This document shows, in pieces, positions 9,099 through 14,519 of a stretch of DNA of 14,519 bases. The notes beneath the pieces are model-generated. The model had not been told where the DNA came from. It did not search any database and worked only from the letters and a program-made list of their open reading frames with translations. The stretch comes from a virus. The number at the start of each line of letters is the position of its first letter. Position 1 is the first letter of the stretch. The DNA is taken from the UHGV virus genome UHGV-0212075. One strand, 5' to 3'. The position numbers and the translations under genes were made by a program.

Positions 9099-9361
9099 CG
9101 TGGCAGGCCACCCCACCGGAAGGACCCGCACAAATGAGAGCATTTATCATTAACATTTACAGATAAGATGACGTACATCATTGAAACGCTATTCAACCAT
9201 ATACCGGCAGCATTCGTAGTTGCACTCCGTAACCCTGCGACTAAGGTTGAAAGCATGGCCATCTTTTTGCCACCGGCAAATCTTCAATGGATTTCCCCTG
9301 CCGGTTTTTTATTTCTCACATTACAGCAGCCCCTTAGAGTGAAGGGCTGCTGTAATGCCTG

Positions 9362-9658
9362 TTACTCAGTAACTACCGCGCCTTTCGGTAATTCCATACC
9401 GGCAAATACCGGACAACCAGGATGACGATCATCTTCTGTTGCTTCCAGCATTGACTCACCAAACCACTCCGTCGTGGCGCGACCATCAGCTGCTTTGTAG
9501 TGGAGTAAGTACTGATTTTCGCCACCCGCATACTGAGCGCGAGCTTTAACCTCACCCCATTCATCACTGATGCATACTTCCACCAGTTGTGACAGTTCAA
9601 ACTTAAACGGAACAGCAGCGGCACCAATTACAACCGGTTTGTTTTCTGTTTTTTCCAT
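9362..9658 (-). CDS. hypothetical protein (accessory-island ORF X1, ~99 aa, acidic, no TM segment)
   Basis: ORF with three consecutive ATGs (9664/9661/9658) just downstream of a GGAG at plus 9665-9668 (minus strand); no family recognised. Bounded by a terminator upstream and a strong stem-loop downstream. Confidence 0.5.
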   Translation of the reverse strand: MEKTENKPVVIGAAAVPFKFELSQLVEVCISDEWGEVKARAQYAGGENQYLLHYKAADGRATTEWFGESMLEATEDDRHPGCPVFAGMELPKGAVVTE

Positions 9659-9672
9659 CATCATCTCCAGAT

Positions 9673-9698
9673 ATAAAAAAGCCCCGCATTTGCGGGGC
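9673..9698 (-). terminator. intrinsic terminator (minus strand)
   Basis: Plus 9681-9698 gccccgc-attt-gcggggc is a 7-bp GC stem with a 4-nt loop; on the minus strand it is followed by TTTTTTAT (plus A-tract 9675-9680). Lies between X2 and X1. Confidence 0.65.
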
Positions 9699-9720
9699 TA
9701 CAAACAGGCATCACAGCCAG

Positions 9721-9936
9721 TTAGCTAAGTCCGACAGACATAAAATCATCACTACCTAAACGATGGGAACCATAACGAACTTCATACTCCCCATTCAATT
9801 CAGAGCGTTTAGACTTTGCGCCATCCTCCGTTGCATAAATGCCGACCAGATGCCAGGGTTTGTCACGTACTACAGCCCAACCCAGAACCCATCCCTGATT
9901 ATCAGGATCAGCCTTCAGGTTATTTTCTACAAACAT
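9721..9936 (-). CDS. hypothetical protein (accessory-island ORF X2, 71 aa)
   Basis: ATG at 9936 preceded by AAGGAGAA (MFVENNLKADPDNQGWVLGWAVV...). No family recognised. Confidence 0.5.
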   Translation of the reverse strand: MFVENNLKADPDNQGWVLGWAVVRDKPWHLVGIYATEDGAKSKRSELNGEYEVRYGSHRLGSDDFMSVGLS

Positions 9937-9976
9937 AGTGTTCTCCTTTTGGGTACCCAGAGACATTCTATGTCAT

Positions 9977-10201
9977 TCATGAAATAGGCAACAACGTGGC
10001 CGTTACAATCCCCGCCATATTTGCGTTCAGATCACATTCAACAGAAATTTCTTCATCCGTGGCATCCACTTCATATGTCCGGGAATAACACTCCGTGCAT
10101 TTACCACTGAAGATATCCTTAACCAGAACACGTCCACGCTGCAAAACCCTGAATGGAATCGTTCCGTTAAAGGGCTTTACGGTTACCAGTAATCTCTTCA
10201 T
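9977..10201 (-). CDS. hypothetical protein (accessory-island ORF X3, 74 aa, CxxC-containing)
   Basis: ATG at 10201 preceded by GGAGGGG (MKRLLVTVKPFNGTIPFRVLQRGRVLVKDIFSGKCTECYS...). A longer N-terminal extension from ATG 10255 is possible but lacks an SD. 40-nt gap to X2 suggests co-transcription. Confidence 0.45.
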   Translation of the reverse strand: MKRLLVTVKPFNGTIPFRVLQRGRVLVKDIFSGKCTECYSRTYEVDATDEEISVECDLNANMAGIVTATLLPIS

Positions 10202-10464
10202 ATCCCCTCCGGATAAAAATGCCCCTTGCCGCCCGGGCTGTTGTTCAAAGTTCATCCTGATTCGGCAAGATTCAGAATGTATAAGACAAATTGACACACA
10301 CAGCAGAATTTCATGCTTTCCGGACGCTGGCGCATCCTTCATTTTTCAGCGAAATATTCTGCTCTTACAGGCGATCAGTTCTGCAGACACTGCCGGATGC
10401 CATCAATCAGCGGACAGGCCTGAGGAGCTGCATCAAATAATTGGCGCAGCCGGGACTTTACTTT

Positions 10465-10746
10465 TTATTTACTGGTGTGAGTGCGACATCTGGCTATTTC
10501 ATCCCGGGCTTTACTGTCACCGCGACAGATACAACGCACCGTGTCTCCGGTCAGTGTGGTAATGTAAACCTCATCCTCTTTTTCTACCGGAATACATGGA
10601 GTATTCCCGTCCCGGCAATACTCAATTTTTGCAGCAAGATGAGTGTCACGCGGATAGAACTCCAGGCGATACATATCCCCAAGGACATGCACTTCCTCAA
10701 CCTGGCGACCATCTTCAGTTACCGTAATTTTTTTCAGTGCGTACAT
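10465..10746 (-). CDS. hypothetical protein (accessory-island ORF X4, 93 aa, Cys-rich)
   Basis: ATG at 10746 preceded by GGAGGT (MYALKKITVTEDGRQVEEVHVLGDMYRLEFYPRDTHLAAKIEYCRDGNTPC...). Five Cys including a CxC; the longer track ORF from 10866 would run through a terminator. Confidence 0.5.
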   Translation of the reverse strand: MYALKKITVTEDGRQVEEVHVLGDMYRLEFYPRDTHLAAKIEYCRDGNTPCIPVEKEDEVYITTLTGDTVRCICRGDSKARDEIARCRTHTSK

Positions 10747-10775
10747 ACGTACCTCCGTTCTTTCGTTTTTTGAGC

Positions 10776-10803
10776 AATAAAAAAGGCCGCCGAAGCGACC
10801 TTT
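10776..10803 (-). terminator. intrinsic terminator (minus strand) after ORF X5
   Basis: Minus-strand RNA GGUCGC-UUCG-GCGGCC (6-bp stem with one G-U pair, UUCG tetraloop; plus 10785-10800) followed by UUUUUUAUU. Confidence 0.6.
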
Positions 10804-10825
10804 ACCATTAAGTTCACATCTTCTG

Positions 10826-11032
10826 TCAGGATGTATGGCAATCTCTACAGCACCAGTAACACCCATTTGCTCTTGTGTAGCCCAGATTTTTTGCAGCCCT
10901 CACAGCTGGCTCGCATGAGTTAAACTCACCCAGCTCCTTACGATTGTTTGCGTCAGGAAGTCGAAAACAAGTTTCTGTATGAACTTCGTGATCGTTCTGA
11001 GCATCTTCAAGAGTGTGAACATAGTACTTCAT
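10826..11032 (-). CDS. hypothetical protein (accessory-island ORF X5, 68 aa, six Cys)
   Basis: ATG at 11032 preceded by GGAGAA with a 6-nt spacer (MKYYVHTLEDAQNDHEVHTETCFRLPDANNRKELGEFNSCEPAVRAAKNLGYTRANGCYWCCRDCHTS). Followed by an intrinsic terminator. Confidence 0.55.
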   Translation of the reverse strand: MKYYVHTLEDAQNDHEVHTETCFRLPDANNRKELGEFNSCEPAVRAAKNLGYTRANGCYWCCRDCHTS

Positions 11033-11090
11033 ACGTATTTCTCCAATTGTTGCGTACGCATGGAGAAATTATCACCGGGCACAATCTAAC

Positions 11091-11288
11091 TCATTGATAA
11101 TGATCATTTATTTTAACGCAGCATCTAACAGCGTCGACAATTTCACAGACCTGAGAGGCTGTATCGAAAAGCTGACGCGCTTTATCCAGGCTGACGCATC
11201 CCACCAATAAAAAAGGCACCAGTATCTCTACCAGTGCCCATTTCGCCGCCGTTCGCGGCATTCTGTGCGTCCAGTGTTTTCTGCTCAT
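11091..11288 (-). CDS. putative small lipoprotein at the 3' end of the lysis cassette (possible non-canonical spanin-like component)
   Basis: Start at ATG 11288 (AGGT SD, 5-nt spacer). Basic N-region, hydrophobic WALVEILVPFLLVG, then a lipobox-like LVGC followed by a ~34-aa mature part with three more Cys. Directly follows the endolysin. Confidence 0.5.
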   Translation of the reverse strand: MSRKHWTHRMPRTAAKWALVEILVPFLLVGCVSLDKARQLFDTASQVCEIVDAVRCCVKINDHYQ

Positions 11289-11302
11289 AACACACCTGGT
11301 TA

Positions 11303-11680
11303 TCAGCGTTTCAACTGAAAGTGAGGCCCGTCTTTCAGTGTTTTCCAGTCCCCGCCCCATTCGATGGCAGTCCCCAGCTCTGCAGCAGCCTGCTTAAATG
11401 CCTGCGCGATTTTCTCGTACAGAGGCCAGTCCCATGACACCTGGCTGCCAATGTAGGCCACAACATCCACCGCATCACCGGTCAGGTGGCGGCTGTTCAT
11501 GGTCTGGCTTTTCCCTTCCGCGACCAGCTGTTTCTGGCGATACTTACTGCGCAGGCCTTCCGTAATACCGAAATCAACCTCCGTCAGCTCCAGCGCACGG
11601 CGAACGACAGCAACCAGCTGTGGTTTAACGCCCTCCAGATTCTTTTCGCTGCGACGACTAAATCTGAATTTACCCGACAT
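11303..11680 (-). CDS. endolysin, zinc-dependent cell-wall peptidase (peptidase M15 / L-alanyl-D-glutamate peptidase-like)
   Basis: ~125 aa with SRHLTGDAVD and a downstream DGPHFQ, matching the zinc-ligand motifs of M15 phage endolysins. Sits right after two membrane proteins. Start is ATG 11680 (a GTG at 11686 is the track start). Confidence 0.8.
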   Translation of the reverse strand: MSGKFRFSRRSEKNLEGVKPQLVAVVRRALELTEVDFGITEGLRSKYRQKQLVAEGKSQTMNSRHLTGDAVDVVAYIGSQVSWDWPLYEKIAQAFKQAAAELGTAIEWGGDWKTLKDGPHFQLKR

Positions 11681-11682
11681 AT

Positions 11683-11958
11683 TCACCTCAACAATGGAAA
11701 GATTTTTGTGACGTTCCCGCGTGCGCGTATCACCAGCACGCAGAACAGCAGGTTAAAAAACACTTCCAGCCAGCCCGTTGCTAACGGGCGACCACACAGA
11801 TAGCTGAGGGGCGCAAAGGCATACAGCAGCATCAGCAGCCAGGCCAGCCATGACATCAGCGGTTTATGTCTGGAATCACGGCGACGATAAAAAAAGAGCG
11901 TCAGCACGATAACCGTGCATAACGCCACATTCAGTAATCCGGGAAGGTTACTTAACAT
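11683..11958 (-). CDS. holin-like membrane protein (second small membrane protein of the lysis cassette; holin or antiholin)
   Basis: Start at ATG 11958 (MLSNLPGLLNVALCTVIVLTLFFYRRRDSRHKPLMSWLAWLLMLLYAFAPLSY...). 91 aa with three hydrophobic segments; overlaps the upstream holin 3' end by 11 nt. Confidence 0.6.
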   Translation of the reverse strand: MLSNLPGLLNVALCTVIVLTLFFYRRRDSRHKPLMSWLAWLLMLLYAFAPLSYLCGRPLATGWLEVFFNLLFCVLVIRARGNVTKIFPLLR

Positions 11959-12340
11959 TGCCGCCTCCTCCGCCACGCAGACGGGAGAACAGGCCGGACA
12001 CCAGTGATGCAATATCCTGCTGGTGGATGAATGACAGAATCTTCACCGACACCACTGACACCAGTACTGCACACAGTGCGTCAACAGGTGCACCGTCAAA
12101 CCCTGTATGCTTTACCAGCCAGGATGCCAGAACCTCTGCGCCCAGCACGCCGATAATGAACGACACCAGAAAATGCGCCGCCACACGCCAGGCTGAAAGC
12201 GCCTGCGGCATCGTTGCCACAAATAACGCCCCGGCGAACGCACCAAACACAATCCCGAAATCCGTTCCGGTAAACAGCCCGAATACCGTCGCCCCACCGA
12301 GCGCCGCAGCCGTGCCGGAACCGGACAAGGGTTCAGACAT
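11948..12340 (-). CDS. putative holin (multi-TM small membrane protein, first gene of the lysis cassette)
   Basis: ATG at 12340 preceded by AGGAGAA. 130 aa with Gly/Ala-rich hydrophobic segments (AAALGGATVFGLFTG, FGIVFGAFAGALFVA, FLVSFIIGVLGAEVLASWLV, ALCAVLVSVVSV) and a charged C-terminus. First gene after the leader terminators, immediately upstream of the endolysin. Confidence 0.7.
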   Translation of the reverse strand: MSEPLSGSGTAAALGGATVFGLFTGTDFGIVFGAFAGALFVATMPQALSAWRVAAHFLVSFIIGVLGAEVLASWLVKHTGFDGAPVDALCAVLVSVVSVKILSFIHQQDIASLVSGLFSRLRGGGGGNVK

Positions 12341-12354
12341 ACTTTTTTCTCCTG

Positions 12355-12383
12355 TAAATAAAAAAGGGCCGCCAGCGGCCCGT
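12355..12383 (-). terminator. intrinsic terminator at the end of the late leader (tR'-like)
   Basis: Plus 12366-12381 gggccg-ccag-cggccc (6-bp GC stem); on the minus strand followed by TTTTTTATTT, which runs directly into the holin RBS. Confidence 0.55.
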
Positions 12384-12511
12384 AATAAAACACCCCGTCG
12401 AAGGCATCCACCGATGTCTTTTATGTGATGTATTCAGATTCAATACACGTTGAGTGAAACGCAGATATAAAAAAGGCCCGCCGCAGCGAACCATAAAGAA
12501 ACGAGATTCTG

Positions 12512-12540
12512 AATAAAAAAAACCGCCGGATACGGCGGTT
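12512..12540 (-). terminator. intrinsic terminator within the late leader (upstream member of a tandem pair)
   Basis: Plus 12523-12538 ccgccg-gata-cggcgg with flanking A/T pairs; the minus strand has a TTTTTTTT run immediately 3' of the stem. Confidence 0.55.
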
Positions 12541-12901
12541 GGTCAATGCAAGAAATACATTCTTAATTGTAATAAAACCGAGGTGTCGGGTGCCTCCCGA
12601 AGTATTCCGTCCTGTATGAATACTGTGATTTCCCGTTAAACCGACTCTTTTAACCACCCTCGCTCTGAGGAACACCCCGGTGGTGTTATTTACAACACCA
12701 GAATGATGCATCACCGACCCTGCCAGGAAATACAAAATCTCCACCAGCAATGCACCATTCTGCTGTCGCAGAAAAATCAGCACTGAGGCTAACCTGGCCT
12801 CAAATCATAGCCAGAGAACAGAATGCTTTTTCAAAACAACCTGCTCCCACGTAATAAAAAATACGCCAGTGCTGCAATACAATAAGGCTTATTTCAAATG
12901 C

Positions 12902-12976
<75 letters not shown>

Positions 12977-12979
12977 ATA

Positions 12980-13055
<76 letters not shown>

Positions 13056-13116
13056 ATTGGTTCCTCAGGAAAAATAAAAATGACCGCGCTTTACATCTCC
13101 CTTGGAACCGCAGGGA

Positions 13117-13144
13117 ATATTAATGAGGACAGATACTTTTTCAA
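13117..13144 (-). promoter_or_regulatory. candidate sigma70 promoter driving the tRNA pair / late leader (possible PR'-equivalent)
   Basis: Minus strand TTGAAA (plus 13139-13144), 16-nt spacer, TAATAT (plus 13117-13122), about 55 nt upstream of the tRNA-Thr 5' end in an AT-rich region. Hexamer match only. Confidence 0.3.
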
Positions 13145-13223
13145 TTAAAAACTGTGTCAATATTCGTAAATATATGTATAAATTTCTATTATTCATGAAA
13201 TACAGAAATAATGATACACACAT

Positions 13224-14270
13224 TTAACGATTATTTTTTATTTCAATTACAGTCTGGTTAAATCTCTCTTCTTCCAGTTCCACACCTATTGCACGCCTTC
13301 CCAGCGATAATGCTGCTTTTATTGTTGACCCCGACCCCATAAAAAAATCAGCGACCAAATCTCCCGGATGGCTGCTGGCGGTAATTATCTGACGCAACAT
13401 ATCCGCCGGTTTCTCACAGGGATGTTTGCCGGGGTAATACTGCACAGGCTTGTGCGTCCAGACATCCGTATACGGAACGACAGCCGATACGGAAAAATAA
13501 CGCCGCAGGGATTTGTACTCATCCAGCAGACTGGCATATTGCCGGTTCAGTTCACTGTATGTGCTGACCAGCTGGTGGTGTGGCTTTTCCAGTTCACCGC
13601 GCTGATGTTTTTCTGCTGCAACACGCGCAAACAACGCCTGTAATTTCAGATAATCGCTTTCGTTCGGCAACTGCCACTGACTGATACCAAACCAGTGCGA
13701 AGCCATGTTTTTCTTTCCGGTGGCTTCCGCTATCTGTTTTGACGTTATTCCCAGTGATTCACGCGCATCACGAAAGTAAGAAATCAGCGGGGCCATGACG
13801 TGCTGTTTTAGTTCACGCCCCTTTGCCGCATAGCCGTCATTTTTGGGCAGGTATGGCCCCTGATAATGTTCTGCAAACAGAATGCGTTCTGTTGCCGGGA
13901 AATACGTCCGCAGGCTTTCCTTGTTGCATCCGTTCCAGCGCCCGGACGGCTTCGCCCAGATAATGTGGTTCAGCACATTAAAGCGTTCACGCATCATGAT
14001 TTCGATATCAGATGCCAGGCGATGACCACAGAACAGGTAAAGACTTCCGGCAGGCTTCAGTACCCGCCAGAATTGCGCCAGACACTGGTCCAGCCATTTC
14101 AGGTAATCATCGTCGCCCTTCCACTGGTTATCCCAGCCCTCGGGCTTCACTTTAAAGTATGGCGGGTCTGTGACTATCAGATCGACAGAGTTTTCCGGTA
14201 AGGTCTGGATAAATTCCAGGCAATCAGCGTTGATTAACTCACAACTGGATATTTTTACAGTATTAATCAT
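13224..14270 (-). CDS. DNA methyltransferase, beta-class amino-methyltransferase (N6-adenine or N4-cytosine), probably an orphan phage enzyme
   Basis: 348 aa; the N-terminal ...SVDLIVTDPPY (catalytic motif IV) precedes the C-terminal ...DLVADFFMGSGST (AdoMet-binding motif I), the beta-class order, with a ~250-aa intervening region. No adjacent restriction endonuclease candidate in the window. Confidence 0.8.
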   Translation of the reverse strand: MINTVKISSCELINADCLEFIQTLPENSVDLIVTDPPYFKVKPEGWDNQWKGDDDYLKWLDQCLAQFWRVLKPAGSLYLFCGHRLASDIEIMMRERFNVLNHIIWAKPSGRWNGCNKESLRTYFPATERILFAEHYQGPYLPKNDGYAAKGRELKQHVMAPLISYFRDARESLGITSKQIAEATGKKNMASHWFGISQWQLPNESDYLKLQALFARVAAEKHQRGELEKPHHQLVSTYSELNRQYASLLDEYKSLRRYFSVSAVVPYTDVWTHKPVQYYPGKHPCEKPADMLRQIITASSHPGDLVADFFMGSGSTIKAALSLGRRAIGVELEEERFNQTVIEIKNNR

Positions 14271-14405
14271 AGATCAATAAGCACTTCTCTGATAGGCTCA
14301 TTCCGCTTTTGCGCAAAGCAGATGGGCCTGAGGTTTGCTTGTGACCCCAACGCATGAGCAGATGGCTGGCAGGTGCCGCTAACACCCACCAGCCGCCCAT
14401 TACCA

Positions 14406-14434
14406 CAAATTAAAAAGCCTTCACTGAGGAAGGC
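14406..14434 (-). terminator. intrinsic terminator upstream of the methyltransferase gene
   Basis: Plus 14417-14434 gccttc-actgag-gaaggc; on the minus strand the stem is followed by TTTTTAATTT. Implies a separate minus-strand transcription unit ending just right of the methyltransferase. Confidence 0.5.
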
Positions 14435-14519
14435 GTCTGTAACAACCGAACTGATAATCTGCCAGACCCGCCATAACAAGCTGGGTCAGTATTAACTGGC
14501 AGCGTTCGCGTGAAAGGTA

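Noticed and set aside
8925-9262. Minus-strand ORFs 8925..9143 and 9065..9262 covering the cos region
   Set aside because: They coincide with the cosB/cosN sequence that matches the non-coding left end of lambda.
9168-9425. 85-aa plus-strand ORF across the cos-proximal region
   Set aside because: Runs through two hairpin structures and overlaps the 3' end of minus-strand X1; no SD; all supported genes in the window are on the minus strand.
10747-10866. Longer N-terminal extension of ORF X4 (track ORF 10465..10866) and of X3 (to 10342)
   Set aside because: The extensions would overlap the X5 coding region and terminator (X4) or lack an SD (X3); the internal ATGs at 10746 and 10201 have strong SDs.
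11288-11360. Longer start for the lipoprotein ORF at 11360
   Set aside because: Would overlap the endolysin 3' end and bury the signal peptide internally; ATG 11288 has an SD and yields a canonical signal plus lipobox arrangement.
11958-12428. 156-aa plus-strand ORF
   Set aside because: Antisense to the holin gene and crossing the tR'-like terminator; Pro/Ala/Arg-rich, typical of an antisense frame in GC-rich coding DNA.
12421-12783. 120-aa minus-strand ORF in the late leader
   Set aside because: Low-complexity, Arg-rich translation; the frame runs straight through the intrinsic terminator hairpin at 12512-12540; no SD. Best explained as a chance ORF in non-coding leader.
14267-14479. 70-aa minus-strand ORF overlapping the methyltransferase start (ATGA-type overlap)
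   Set aside because: Would have to start at TTG with no in-frame ATG, has an odd composition, and spans the terminator hairpin at 14406-14434. More likely the methyltransferase 5' UTR and promoter region.

Overview
The window is a contiguous piece of a lambda-like (lambdoid, cos-packaging) prophage, with every credible gene on the minus strand, i.e. one long late operon read from high to low coordinates. From right to left: a DNA methyltransferase (13224-14270); a candidate promoter followed by two phage-borne tRNAs (Thr-UGU, Gly-UCC; 12902-13055); a ~560 nt untranslated leader closed by two tandem intrinsic terminators; a lysis cassette (holin, second holin-like membrane protein, M15 zinc-peptidase endolysin, small lipoprotein; 11091-12340); a ~2 kb accessory island of five small unrecognised ORFs punctuated by terminators (9362-11032); the cos site (about 8911-9098); then the lambda-type head module Nu1-A-W-B-C-D-E-FI-FII-Z-U (1-8910). 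Identifications rest on reading the ORF translations against lambda proteins and the lambda left-end sequence as I remember them, plus gene order, overlapping start/stop codons and ribosome-binding sites; no database search was run. The most unusual points are the accessory island next to cos, a 4x tandem 138-bp in-frame repeat inside the protease/scaffold gene, a cohesive-end core that differs from lambda despite near-identical flanks, and a lysis cassette with no canonical Rz/Rz1 spanin pair.
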